Below the pieces are notes generated by a model. That model did not search any database and was not told the origin of the DNA. It was given only the letters and a program-made list of their open reading frames with translations. Shown here in pieces: positions 17,491-26,869 of a stretch of 64,000 nucleotides of DNA. Each line of letters starts with the position of its first letter. Within the stretch, counting starts at the first letter, position 1. The DNA comes from an uncultured Defluviitaleaceae bacterium (lineage in GTDB: Bacteria > Bacillota > Clostridia > Lachnospirales > WRBF01): NCBI GenBank assembly GCA_964492715.1, contig CAZBLK010000002.1, forward strand, positions 66,896 to 130,895, written 5' to 3'. A program made the position numbers and the translations under genes.

Positions 17491-19422
17491 TTACCCTTTC
17501 AATACTCTTTCCATCAAAGCATTGCTACGCTCAATAAACCTAGCCATAGCGTCAGTATCAAGCGTCTTATGCCCCATAACAGCAAGGTCAAACACATGCT
17601 CACAAATTAGCTTAACATCGTCCTTTTTCCCTTCGTCGTTACGCATGTTTAGAAGTGTTTTTATAAGGCTGTTGTTTTTGTTTAAAACAAGCGTTTCTTC
17701 GTTTGCAAACATTGGCATACCGCCGCCAAACATTTTGCTCATTTCCTGCATACGCCTTGACTGCTCGGAAAGAAGAATTACAGAAGAAACAGCTTCCGAT
17801 TTAAGGCTTTCTGTTTTAACCTTTAATTCTTTTTTGTCAAGCACTTCGGCAAAAAGCTTTTGAACACTTTCCGCTTCCTCTTTGTTTTCTTCTGCGCCTT
17901 CCTGCTTGTCCTTCAACGCTTCCGTAATGTCCGAGTCTATGCGGTTAAACTTTACGCTTGGCTCGTAAGACTCCAAGTATGAAATAAACGGATTGTCAAG
18001 CTTAGTTGGCAAAACAACTGCTTCAAGCTCGTTTTCTTTAAACAGTTTAATGTACTGAGATTGTTGTTTTTCGTCCGAAACGTAAAACACTTTGTCGCCA
18101 GTTTTGTCTTTGTTGCGCTCTTTAAACTCGGCAAGTGTTACATAGTCGGCAGAAGTTGTTTTAAAGAGAACAGCTTCCTTTACTTTGTCATAAAAATCTT
18201 TTTCACGGATACAGCCGTACTTTATAAATTGGTTAATGTCCTCCCAATATCCGTTGTACGCTTCACGGTCGTTTTTAAACACTTGGTTAAGCTTGTCCGC
18301 AACCTTTTTTGTAATGTAGCCCGAAAGCTTTTTTACGTAGCTGTCGTTTTGAAGAAAGCTTCGTGACACGTTAAGCGGAAGGTCTGGGCAATCGATTACG
18401 CCTTTTAACAAAAGCAAAAACTCTGGAATAACTTCCTTTATGTTGTCTGCAATAAACACTTGGTTGTTGTAAAGCTTTACTTGCCCCTCGATAGATTCAA
18501 GCTCGTGCTTTAGCTTAGGGAAGTACAAAATTCCTTTAAGCTTAAACGGATAGTCCATGTTTAGGTGAATCCAAAACAGCGGGTCCGAAAAGTCTGAGAA
18601 GGTGCTGTGATAAAATTGCTTATACTCCTCGTCTGTGCAGTCTTTAGCTGGCTTTAGCCAAAGAGGGTTTGTTTCGTTTATTGGTGTTTCCTTTGGTTGT
18701 ACAACTTCGTCTGCTTCGCCAGCTTCTTCTGAAGCTGCTTCCGACGCTACTTCATCTGCGCTTGCTTCTTCTGCATTTTCTTCTTCCGTCTTTTTCACAG
18801 TAAAGTAAATTTCAATTGGCATAAAGCTGCAATATTTGCTTAACACTTCACGAAGCTTATATTCGTCTAAAAATTCTTCGCCGTCTGCGCCAACAAAAAG
18901 CGTAACTGTAGTTCCTCGTTCTGCTCTGTCACTTTCTGAAAGCTCGTACTCTATTCCGCCGTCACAAACCCACTTTGCCGCTTGCTCACCGTCTCTGTAA
19001 GAAAGGGAATCAATTTGCACTTTGTCTGCAACCATAAAAGAAGAATAAAACCCAAGCCCAAAATGCCCTATAATGTCGCTGTCTTTGTCTACTTTGTCTT
19101 GATATTTGTTCAAAAAGTCAGTTGCACCAGAAAAAGCAATTTCTGTAATATATTTTGTAATTTCTTCGGCGTTCATACCAATGCCGTTGTCAGAAACTGT
19201 AATTGTTTTTGCTTCCTTGTCTAAGTAAACGTCAATTCTGTACTGCTCGTTTTCGTCGCTTCCGTTTTCGTCCATGCCCTTTAAAAGCTTTAGCTTTGTA
19301 ATTGCGTCAGCCGCATTTGAAACAAGCTCACGAATAAAAATGTCAGTGTCAGAGTAAAGCCATTTTTTAATTATTGGTAAAATGTTTTCGCTGTTAATTG
19401 ATAGGTTTCCTTTTGTTGACAT
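17491..19422 (-). CDS. htpG: Molecular chaperone HtpG (Hsp90)
   Basis: 643 aa from the ATG at 19422, with a GGAGGA RBS. GHKL ATPase N-box ELVSNAADA and IGHFGLGFYS. Acidic linker. Confidence 0.95.
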   Translation of the reverse strand: MSTKGNLSINSENILPIIKKWLYSDTDIFIRELVSNAADAITKLKLLKGMDENGSDENEQYRIDVYLDKEAKTITVSDNGIGMNAEEITKYITEIAFSGATDFLNKYQDKVDKDSDIIGHFGLGFYSSFMVADKVQIDSLSYRDGEQAAKWVCDGGIEYELSESDRAERGTTVTLFVGADGEEFLDEYKLREVLSKYCSFMPIEIYFTVKKTEEENAEEASADEVASEAASEEAGEADEVVQPKETPINETNPLWLKPAKDCTDEEYKQFYHSTFSDFSDPLFWIHLNMDYPFKLKGILYFPKLKHELESIEGQVKLYNNQVFIADNIKEVIPEFLLLLKGVIDCPDLPLNVSRSFLQNDSYVKKLSGYITKKVADKLNQVFKNDREAYNGYWEDINQFIKYGCIREKDFYDKVKEAVLFKTTSADYVTLAEFKERNKDKTGDKVFYVSDEKQQSQYIKLFKENELEAVVLPTKLDNPFISYLESYEPSVKFNRIDSDITEALKDKQEGAEENKEEAESVQKLFAEVLDKKELKVKTESLKSEAVSSVILLSEQSRRMQEMSKMFGGGMPMFANEETLVLNKNNSLIKTLLNMRNDEGKKDDVKLICEHVFDLAVMGHKTLDTDAMARFIERSNALMERVLKG

Positions 19423-19460
19423 ATTGTTTCCTCCTATAAAACTAAAAATCTTATACACTA

Positions 19461-19488
19461 ATTCTAACAAACTTTTAAAAAAAGTCAA
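19461..19488 (-). promoter_or_regulatory. Sigma-A-type promoter of htpG
   Basis: On the minus strand: TTGACT (19483-19488), 16-nt spacer, TAGAAT (19461-19466). Confidence 0.5.
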
Positions 19489-19495
19489 TAAAAAA

Positions 19496-19522
19496 TTAGC
19501 ACTCATTTGAACAGAGTGCTAA
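19496..19522. promoter_or_regulatory. CIRCE element (HrcA operator)
   Basis: Perfect match to the consensus TTAGCACTC-N9-GAGTGCTAA: TTAGCACTCatttgaacaGAGTGCTAA. Confidence 0.9.
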
Positions 19523-19525
19523 TAA

Positions 19526-19984
19526 TTAATCAATCTCTTTTAAGTTAAGCCCGTTTTGCCCAAAAAACTTTTTTACAAACTCGTCCCAGCAAGTGTCAAG
19601 TGACTTATCCATTTTAAAAACCTTTTCCTGTGAAGCCGTCGTAAACATAACATCACCGTTTTCAAAATGCATGTTCAAAAAGTAAGCCGAAGCGTTTTCG
19701 TGCAGTGACGCAACCTTTTCGCTTGGGAAAGAAAACACAATTTTCATGTGCCGTGGCTGAACCTTTCCTTTAACCAACGAAAAAACAATTGGTTTAAGCT
19801 CGCCCCATGTGCAAAAGTTGCGCTCTGTTTCCTTTTCAGTTGCAAATTCCTTGTTCAAAACACCGCTTATTTCAAAGCGTGTCAAAGAAACAACCTCAAC
19901 GCCCCTAACCTCAAAAAAATCAAATGTTTCTTCACGCAGCAGCTTGCCCATAAGCGTTTTTACGTCAGAATTAAAAACGAGCAT
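19526..19984 (-). CDS. Hypothetical cytoplasmic protein
   Basis: 152 aa from the ATG at 19984; the track start at 20047 lies inside a palindromic repeat. No motif I recognise. Confidence 0.5.
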   Translation of the reverse strand: MLVFNSDVKTLMGKLLREETFDFFEVRGVEVVSLTRFEISGVLNKEFATEKETERNFCTWGELKPIVFSLVKGKVQPRHMKIVFSFPSEKVASLHENASAYFLNMHFENGDVMFTTASQEKVFKMDKSLDTCWDEFVKKFFGQNGLNLKEID

Positions 19985-20018
19985 TTTGCACCCCTTGTCT
20001 TTTGTAATGTCGGTGGTT

Positions 20019-20123
20019 ATACTAATTCTGATTAAAATCATAAACAACTATCGGTCAAAACACAAAATGCTTTGTCGCATTTTGTTTCCCTCTGTTGTTT
20101 ATGTATTAATCTAGAATTAGTAT
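20019..20123. repeat. AT-rich palindromic element of about 100 nt, copy 1
   Basis: Arms ATACTAATTCTGATTAAAATCATAAACAAC and GTTGTTTATGTATTAATCTAGAATTAGTAT. The reverse complement aligns along its length with 26282-26383. Confidence 0.8.
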
Positions 20124-21139
20124 TATAACACCGAAAGCGTGTCTATGTACCAATCCTGAATTTCTTTGTTTGAAACTAAAGCTTCCATACGGTTGTTAAT
20201 TGCGTTTGGCGTAAAGCTTCGCTTTTTGCTGTAATACTGGCCGCAAATTTTTAAAAACCTGCTAGGGTATTTAAGCAAAGCGTGAAGCAAAACAATTTCT
20301 TCCTTTTCCAGCCGAATGTTTTTGTCATACGCTGTCAAAACGTCTTGAACAGGAACAACTGTCTTGTCGTTTGCTGAAGAAATGCTCTTTAAAATTCTCT
20401 TTATAAGCTTGCTAAGGTCAAACAACCCATAGTCAATTGAAGCCGCCGAAAACCCAACAAAATAAACGTCGTTTCCGTTTAAAAGCACGTTTTCTTCCTT
20501 TACAAGCCCGTGGCAAACGTTGTTTTGTTTCTGCGCCTGCCGCCTTTTTTCTTCAAGCAGGTTGTCATCAAGCAGTGCAATTGCTTCATGTATTTTTGCC
20601 ATGTAAAACTCGTAGCTTTTTAAAAACAAAACGTCAAAGTCCGAAAGACGTTTTTGGCTGGACAAACCTTTTTTTATGGAAGCCAAATATTCTTCGCCCT
20701 TTTTAAACGTAGAAAGTGTGTTTTCACTTCCACAAAAAAGTTGGCCGCTTGTTTTTTCTCCCCTTGAGCTTACATGAAAAAGAGAAAGTGCCGAAGCCGC
20801 AAGTACGGCGTCTGATTTAAGCGTAAAAGAAACTTCTCTATAGTCAAACAAACCTGTCATTATGTAAACGCCGTCGTCTGTTTGGACGTATGGCGTGTTT
20901 TGCTGCGATAAATAAAACCTGTCCGTAAAAGCAAAGCCGTTTGCAAAAAGCTGTTCCTTCACCTCGTGCTGGAACATTATATGCTCGCAACTGTCAAAGC
21001 TTTTTCTAACAACTTTTATTCCACGCTCTGTACTGCATATGTAATAAGATTTTTCTTTTATTATTTTTTTCGCCTTAAAACCAAAATTGTGTAAAACCGA
21101 GTTTAAGGCGTTTAAGTCGTCCACACGCACACCCCCCAT
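20123..21139 (-). CDS. CotS-family spore-coat / aminoglycoside-phosphotransferase-like protein
   Basis: 338-aa ORF with a kinase-like fold pattern. The HGDxxxxN catalytic loop reads CHGLVKEENVLL, so the Asp is replaced by Leu and the protein may be a pseudokinase. A downstream IDYGLFDL motif is present. Confidence 0.5.
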   Translation of the reverse strand: MGGVRVDDLNALNSVLHNFGFKAKKIIKEKSYYICSTERGIKVVRKSFDSCEHIMFQHEVKEQLFANGFAFTDRFYLSQQNTPYVQTDDGVYIMTGLFDYREVSFTLKSDAVLAASALSLFHVSSRGEKTSGQLFCGSENTLSTFKKGEEYLASIKKGLSSQKRLSDFDVLFLKSYEFYMAKIHEAIALLDDNLLEEKRRQAQKQNNVCHGLVKEENVLLNGNDVYFVGFSAASIDYGLFDLSKLIKRILKSISSANDKTVVPVQDVLTAYDKNIRLEKEEIVLLHALLKYPSRFLKICGQYYSKKRSFTPNAINNRMEALVSNKEIQDWYIDTLSVL

Positions 21140-21230
21140 TTTTTCACCATATTAAAGGGTATGAAAAAGAACTGGTTTTTATGTGCTTTTTGTTTTTATG
21201 ATACGCTTGGGTAAAGCCCAAAGGTCTTAT

Positions 21231-21392
21231 AACCTGTGTTCAGTAAGCTGTTACCCATCTTCAAAGCGATTATTCCGCCATTCTTCGTTGTGGCGGCTTG
21301 ACATAATTTTTCTATTATGCCTTCGCCACCACGCCTAGAATGGCGAAAAATCGCTGTTTTAAATCTGGTCAACCCATTACTGAACACAGGTT
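21231..21392. repeat. MITE-like 162-bp palindromic element related to the 27577 and 32927 copies
   Basis: 16-bp perfect TIRs AACCTGTGTTCAGTAA / TTACTGAACACAGGTT. The interior is largely self-complementary. The TIR core CCTGT(G)TTCAG is shared with the 164-bp family. Confidence 0.75.
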
Positions 21393-21393
21393 C

Positions 21394-22299
21394 TTAACTT
21401 TTGCTTTTTAAAAACCCACCAAACCGACCTTCCGAAATAAACAACCCCAAAAGCGTAAAAAACATACCAACAACAGCCATTAAAGTAATTTTTTCACGCA
21501 AAATTATAACAGAAGTTATAACAGTAATAACAGGCACCATGTAAATGTAAACACTCGTCTTAACCGCACCCAAAGTTTTAAGCGCAAAGTTCCACGTTGC
21601 AAAGCAAATAGCAGAAGCTAAAAGCCCCAAAAAAACAATGTTAAACAGATTAATAGGGTTTGCAAAACGTTCAAGCCCCAGCTTAAAATCAAAAAAGAAA
21701 AGAGCAGGAAGCATAAAAAGCAAACCATAGCTAAATACACGCCTTGTAGTTTGCACCGTGTTCAAACCAAAGCTTCCTATTTTCTTAGTAAAAATAGAAT
21801 AAAAAGCCCAAACTAAAGCCGCCAAAATCGCAAGTATGTCACCAACAGGGTTAAGCTGCAAAGCAACACTTCCGTTAAAGCTAATTAGAAAAATGCCTAA
21901 AATTGCGGAAACAAATCCCAAAAAAAAGGAAGGTTTTTGCTTTTCACCGTCTAGTATAAAGTGTGCAACTATAGCTGTGAAAAACGGAGCAACAGAAATT
22001 ATAACCCCAACGTTTGAAGCCATTGTATATGTAAGTGCTATGTTTTCCAAAAGGAAATAAAGCGTAACTCCGCATAAGCCGGCACCGGCAAAAAGAAGCT
22101 CTTGCTTTTTTGTAGTGCCTTTAAGCCTTTTTGGTACAGCAATAAGCAAAGCAACTACGCCTATTAAAAAGCGGAAAAACAAAATTTCAATTGGGGTGAA
22201 GTCTTTTAAGAGAACTTTTGTTGAAATAAATGTAGTTCCCCAAACGATAACCGAAAAAAGTGCAAAGAGATGTCCTGTTAAATTATTTTTTGTTTTCAT
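21394..22299 (-). CDS. DMT superfamily (EamA-like) transporter
   Basis: 301-aa ORF with about 10 TM helices arranged as two EamA-like halves. Confidence 0.8.
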   Translation of the reverse strand: MKTKNNLTGHLFALFSVIVWGTTFISTKVLLKDFTPIEILFFRFLIGVVALLIAVPKRLKGTTKKQELLFAGAGLCGVTLYFLLENIALTYTMASNVGVIISVAPFFTAIVAHFILDGEKQKPSFFLGFVSAILGIFLISFNGSVALQLNPVGDILAILAALVWAFYSIFTKKIGSFGLNTVQTTRRVFSYGLLFMLPALFFFDFKLGLERFANPINLFNIVFLGLLASAICFATWNFALKTLGAVKTSVYIYMVPVITVITSVIILREKITLMAVVGMFFTLLGLFISEGRFGGFLKSKS

Positions 22300-22314
22300 T
22301 TTACCCCTCCTGCG

Positions 22315-23055
22315 CTATAGCCTTTGTCTTAAAACCTCATACATTAAAACACCGCAAGCAACTGAAGCGTTTAAAGACTCTGCCTTGCCGACCATTGGAA
22401 TTTTAACTAAAACATCGGCGTTGCTTGAAGCAAACTGTGAAAGCCCGTTTGCTTCGTTGCCTACCAAAAGAGCAACAGCTTCTTTTAAATTAACTTCATA
22501 TGGTGTTGACAACCCTTTAAGATGTGAAGCAATTGTTTTGACTTTGTTTAATTTTAAGGTATCAAAGATATTGTCTATAGAAACGTTTGCAACAATTGGC
22601 AAATGAAAGATTGAACCAGCGGTTGAACGTACAACTTTTGGGTTGTAAATATCAACACAGCCTTCTGAAAGAATTATTCCGTCGCAGCCGCAAGCATCAG
22701 CAGTGCGGATTAGTGTGCCCATGTTTCCAGGGTCGTTTATACATTCGCCAACTACGATAAAAGCGTTTTCCTTTTTTATAAATTTTTCAAGGCTGTGGCT
22801 TAACTGGTTGCACACAGCCAAAATTCCTTGTGGTGTAACAGTGTCTGAAAGCTTGGCAAACTCGTTGTCGGTAAAAACGTGACACGTTCCATTTTCTTCG
22901 TATGTGGATATGTCGTTTTCGTCCACAAACGATTGTGAAAAAGCGTATGCCGACACAGAAAAAGCTTCGTCAACAAACTTTTTGCCCTCCACAACAAAAA
23001 GCGCCGCTTCATCACGAGCCTTTTTACTTTTTAAAGCGGCGATTTTTTTAGACAT
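22315..23055 (-). CDS. TrmH/SpoU family RNA 2'-O-methyltransferase
   Basis: 246 aa from the ATG at 23055. SpoU motifs: VGNEANGLS, IPMVGKAESLNASVA. Confidence 0.85.
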   Translation of the reverse strand: MSKKIAALKSKKARDEAALFVVEGKKFVDEAFSVSAYAFSQSFVDENDISTYEENGTCHVFTDNEFAKLSDTVTPQGILAVCNQLSHSLEKFIKKENAFIVVGECINDPGNMGTLIRTADACGCDGIILSEGCVDIYNPKVVRSTAGSIFHLPIVANVSIDNIFDTLKLNKVKTIASHLKGLSTPYEVNLKEAVALLVGNEANGLSQFASSNADVLVKIPMVGKAESLNASVACGVLMYEVLRQRL

Positions 23056-23080
23056 ATTTAAGCTGCCTTTAATTAAACTA

Positions 23081-23767
23081 CTAGCCAACTATGCCACCGA
23101 CTTTTGATTTTGACTTGCTTCTCATGCGCTGAATGTTTGCAGTTTCGCCGACAACTACAAGAATGTCTGTTTCCTCGATAACCTCGTTAGGGTTTAAAGA
23201 AACCATAACTCGCTTGCCACGGCGGATTGCAACGACATTAAGCCCAGCTTGCGCACGAATGTTTGCCTTTTGAATTGAAAGACCAGCCCATTCGTCAAGC
23301 GGTTCAATTTCTGCAATTGTAAATTGCTCTGAAAGGTTTATATAATCAATTACGTTTGTTGTAATAAGGCTTGTAGCTACACGAGCGCCCATTTCCCATT
23401 CGGGAAGAACAACTCTGTCTGCGCCCACTTTTTCGAGTATATTTTTTTGCTTGTTGTCCCTTGCTTTTGAAAGGACATACTTTGCGCCTTGCTCTTTTGC
23501 TATAAGCGTAGCCATTACGCTTGACTCTAGGTTTGTGCCTATTGCAACTATAACCACATCAAAGTTTCCAAGCCCTAGCTTTTTCATTGCGTTTTCGTCT
23601 GTTACGTCGGCTTGAACTACATATGTTGCAAAACGTGAAACTTCTTGAACTATGTCGGCGTCGGCGTCACATGCAAGGACATTAAAGCCGTTTTCTGAAA
23701 GCGTTTTAACTATGCTGCTACCAAACCTGCCTAAGCCTAATACTGCAAACTGCTTTGTTTTTGACAT
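23081..23767 (-). CDS. trkA: Trk/Ktr potassium uptake system NAD-binding subunit
   Basis: 228 aa from the ATG at 23767; the track start at 23851 lies inside a GC-rich repeat. Rossmann motif FAVLGLGRFGSS, followed by an RCK_C domain. Confidence 0.9.
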   Translation of the reverse strand: MSKTKQFAVLGLGRFGSSIVKTLSENGFNVLACDADADIVQEVSRFATYVVQADVTDENAMKKLGLGNFDVVIVAIGTNLESSVMATLIAKEQGAKYVLSKARDNKQKNILEKVGADRVVLPEWEMGARVATSLITTNVIDYINLSEQFTIAEIEPLDEWAGLSIQKANIRAQAGLNVVAIRRGKRVMVSLNPNEVIEETDILVVVGETANIQRMRSKSKSKVGGIVG

Positions 23768-23802
23768 TTCTTTCTCTCCTATTTTAAAGGGGCTATAAAA
23801 GA

Positions 23803-23859
23803 TTAAAACCTTGGGGACTCTGTCCCCAAACCCCTGCAAGGGGTGAACCACTTGACCCC
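23803..23859 (-). repeat. GC-rich double-hairpin repeat, copy 5 (inverted, diverged)
   Basis: TTAAAACCTTGGGGACTCTGTCCCCAAACCCCTGCAAGGGGTGAACCACTTGACCCC. Confidence 0.85.
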
Positions 23860-23885
23860 ATTTTTGTTGTTAGAGTTTTATACTT

Positions 23886-25334
23886 CTATCCTACAAATAC
23901 TTTTTCTTCTGGGTATAAAATGCTTTTGTCGGCTGTTAGTTGTTTTATTGAAAGACCTACAGCTACTGTAATTGGGCCAAGCCTGCCTATAAACATGCAA
24001 ATGCAAATTACAATTTTACCCATAACAGAAAGGTACGGTGTTAGCCCAAGTGTAAGACCAACTGTGCCTACGGCCGAAGCTGCTTCAAAAAGATAGTCCG
24101 TAAGTGTGCCGTCAAAGGCTGTGTGCGCTTCGGTTATGCTTAAAATCATTGTTGCGGCAATTATAACCGTTAAGTTCATTATAACTACGGCAAGTGATTT
24201 TTGCAAAATGCTAAGTGGCAAGCTTCTTTTATGTATTTCAATTGAGTTTTTGCCGTTAACTACAGAAACAACAGAAAGCAAAATTATACTAAAAGTAACA
24301 GTCTTAACACCGCCTGCCGTTCCGCCTGGCGAGCCGCCTACGAACATTAAAATAATAGTCATAAGCTGCGATTCTGGCATTAGCCCAGACTGGCTAATTG
24401 AGTTAAACCCTGCTGTTCTAGGCGTAACGGACTGAAAAAGTGCAGCAATAAATTTATCAAAAAGGTTTAGTGGTGCTAGTGTAAGCTCGTTATTAAATTC
24501 TGCTGCAAAAAAGAAAACTGTTCCCAAAGCAATTAAAAACGCTGAAACTTCTAAAACAAGCCTGCTGTGCAAAGAAAGCCTTCCCCAAAAACTGTGTAGT
24601 GAAAAGTTTATGTCTTTTTTAGAGCTACTAATTGTTTTTAAAAGGTCAAGCCAAACCGTAAAGCCCAAGCCACCCAAAATTATCAAAAGCATAATCGTAA
24701 TTGAAATAATTGTGTCGTGGACGTATGGCATAAGGCTAGAGTCGCTTAAAACGTCGAAGCCAGCGTTGCAAAAAGCAGAAATAGAGTGAAACACACCGTT
24801 AAAAACGGCAGCCTTAAAAGGCATGTCGTAAGTAAAGAAAAACTTTAGGAACAAAATAACGGCAGCTATAAACTCGAAAACAAAAGTAAGCAAAACAACG
24901 TTTCTTGCAAGGCGAACCATGCCTGTTAAGTCGTCTTGGTTAAGCGATTGCTGTATAACAAGCCTTTCACGAAGCGTAATTTTCCTTCCTGTAAAAATGA
25001 TTGCTGTTGTAAACAGCGACATAAAGCCCAAGCCGCCAATTTGTATTAAAAAAAGAATGACAACTTTTCCAAAAAGCGTCCAATGTTCAAGTGTGTTTAC
25101 GACAACAAGCCCTGTTACACAAACTGCCGAGGTTGACGTAAAAAAGGCGTTTAAAAAGCCAATGCTTTTTCCATCGTTGCTTGCAATTGGCAAGGAAAGT
25201 AAAAATGCCCCAATTAAAATTACAATTAAAAAGCCATAGACAATAATTTGTGTTGTCTTTAGCTTCGACACAAACGCTTTGATCTTGTTAAAAACAGTAA
25301 AACCCTGTGACTTTTCGTCATCAGTCCCAAACAA
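23886..25334 (-). CDS. trkH: TrkH/KtrB family potassium transporter membrane subunit
   Basis: 482-aa polytopic ORF. Repeated selectivity-filter-like motifs (TGL, GGLGF, TAGFN, GGTAGG). Confidence 0.9.
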   Translation of the reverse strand: MFGTDDEKSQGFTVFNKIKAFVSKLKTTQIIVYGFLIVILIGAFLLSLPIASNDGKSIGFLNAFFTSTSAVCVTGLVVVNTLEHWTLFGKVVILFLIQIGGLGFMSLFTTAIIFTGRKITLRERLVIQQSLNQDDLTGMVRLARNVVLLTFVFEFIAAVILFLKFFFTYDMPFKAAVFNGVFHSISAFCNAGFDVLSDSSLMPYVHDTIISITIMLLIILGGLGFTVWLDLLKTISSSKKDINFSLHSFWGRLSLHSRLVLEVSAFLIALGTVFFFAAEFNNELTLAPLNLFDKFIAALFQSVTPRTAGFNSISQSGLMPESQLMTIILMFVGGSPGGTAGGVKTVTFSIILLSVVSVVNGKNSIEIHKRSLPLSILQKSLAVVIMNLTVIIAATMILSITEAHTAFDGTLTDYLFEAASAVGTVGLTLGLTPYLSVMGKIVICICMFIGRLGPITVAVGLSIKQLTADKSILYPEEKVFVG

Positions 25335-25349
25335 TTTTGGTCACACTCC

Positions 25350-25389
25350 AAAAGTAAAAGTTCAAGCTGTGGAGCAAATGCGCCACAGC
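25350..25389 (-). terminator. Hairpin downstream of degV
   Basis: GCTGTGG / CCACAGC stem (25366-25372 and 25383-25389). A T-rich tract follows on the minus strand. Confidence 0.45.
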
Positions 25390-25417
25390 CTACAGTTAGC
25401 TTATATTAAAGTTTATA

Positions 25418-26257
25418 TTAATAAGAAACGATAATGCCACCGCTTCGTGCATATGTCGAGCAAAGCCCAGTCATTTCAAAAATTAAAATGTCTTTGAAAT
25501 TTATTCCTCTTTTTAAAACTTCTTCTTTAAGCTGTTGTGCTTTTTCAAACGCCCTACAGTGAGAAATGCCGAGTATACGTTCTTCAAAGTTGAAGTTGTC
25601 CTTTAAAATTGCATCAACAAGCTTTTTCATAGAGTTTTTGTAGCCCCTTGCCTTGTCATAAAGCTTTATTTCGCCGTTTTCTGCCGTGCAAATTGGCTTA
25701 ATGGAAAGGACAGAAGCAATTTTTGCAACAAGTGGGTCCATGCGTCCAGTTTTAACAAGGTTGTCAAATTTGTCCAAGATGAAATATGTACGCATGTTTT
25801 CAATAAATTTAGTTACTTGTTCAATAATTTCATTGTCCGAAAACCCATTATGCGCAAGCTCATTAATTTTTATAGCAATTACTGTTTCAGCAACAGAAGC
25901 TGAAAGGCTGTCAAAAACGTGAATTAGCTTTTTGCCTATGTCGTCAAAATACATTTGGCGTGCTGCCATTGCACTTGAGAAAGAGCCTGAAAGCTTTGCT
26001 GAAAGAGTAATTACAAAAACACTTAAATCGTTTTTATAACCTTCCAAGTAATGCTCTGGAGAAGGAGCTGCTGTTTTTGTAAGAGTGCTGCTTTTGTCGC
26101 AAGCGTCTATATAGCTTGAAACGTCAAGTGTTTGGTCGTCAACGTAAATTTCGTCTCCTAGTTGCAAAGTAAGCGGCGCACGTTCTACTTCTAAGTTATA
26201 TTTTGCTTTAACTTCTTCGTTAAATTCACAGCCGCTGTCTGCAATTATTTTCACCAT
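25418..26257 (-). CDS. DegV family fatty-acid-binding protein
   Basis: 279-aa ORF. N-terminal MVKIIADSGCEF and overall DegV pattern. Confidence 0.85.
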   Translation of the reverse strand: MVKIIADSGCEFNEEVKAKYNLEVERAPLTLQLGDEIYVDDQTLDVSSYIDACDKSSTLTKTAAPSPEHYLEGYKNDLSVFVITLSAKLSGSFSSAMAARQMYFDDIGKKLIHVFDSLSASVAETVIAIKINELAHNGFSDNEIIEQVTKFIENMRTYFILDKFDNLVKTGRMDPLVAKIASVLSIKPICTAENGEIKLYDKARGYKNSMKKLVDAILKDNFNFEERILGISHCRAFEKAQQLKEEVLKRGINFKDILIFEMTGLCSTYARSGGIIVSY

Positions 26258-26281
26258 AAACTAAACCCCTATCTTCAAGTA

Positions 26282-26383
26282 ATACTAATTTCAGATTAAT
26301 ACATAGATAACCGAAGGCAGAAACCATAGTGCGTTTTGTGTTTTGCCTGAAAGTTATCTGTGATTTTAATCGGAATTTGTATA
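26282..26383. repeat. AT-rich palindromic element of about 100 nt, copy 2
   Basis: ATACTAATTTCAGATTAATACATAGATAAC ... GTTATCTGTGATTTTAATCGGAATTTGTAT. Inverted relative to copy 1. Lies 25 nt upstream of the degV start. Confidence 0.75.
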
Positions 26384-26547
26384 AGTTGGTTCTTTCGGCA
26401 TTTATTTTTTAATTTCAGCCGCATTTAATACATTATAGCATATATAAAAAAATTTACTACAATATTTTAAAAAAGTTTGTTAAAATTTTTAAACGAAGTA
26501 ATGAAGTACCCCCTGCAAAAGCACTTCTGCTAAAGCAGGGGATACTA

Positions 26548-26727
26548 CTAGCAAAATAAATCTGTGTAGGGGCTTTTTTCATCTGCAACGTCCATGCCAC
26601 AGTTTCTGTTGTTAAAGTAAACACAGTCTTTGCAGCTTTCAGATGAATTTGTTTTATGCGGTGCTGTTGTGTGCTGGTCTATAGAACGGTAATGTGAACA
26701 GTTTTTAATTTTTTTGCTGGTAAACAT
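26548..26727 (-). CDS. Small Cys-containing protein (59 aa), hypothetical
   Basis: One residue below the ORF-track cutoff. AAGGGAG RBS 8 nt upstream of the ATG. Translation: MFTSKKIKNCSHYRSIDQHTTAPHKTNSSESCKDCVYFNNRNCGMDVADEKSPYTDLFC. Followed by a CCCTGC/GCAGGG hairpin. Confidence 0.45.
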   Translation of the reverse strand: MFTSKKIKNCSHYRSIDQHTTAPHKTNSSESCKDCVYFNNRNCGMDVADEKSPYTDLFC

Positions 26728-26869
26728 AGATTGTTCGCTCCCTTTTCAATGTTTCATAATACATATATTAATTTTGTCCGTTTATAAAGCAAAATATGCT
26801 TGTAGTGCCTGTGCTTTCAGTGTATAATTTGTTTTGTAAAAAATTACAAAATTCGGAAAAGGTGTTTTG

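Noticed and set aside
21196-21387. 63-aa ORF between the cotS-like and DMT genes
   Set aside because: Most of it (21231 onward) lies inside the 162-bp palindromic MITE-like element. It has no RBS and its composition is dictated by the hairpin arms.
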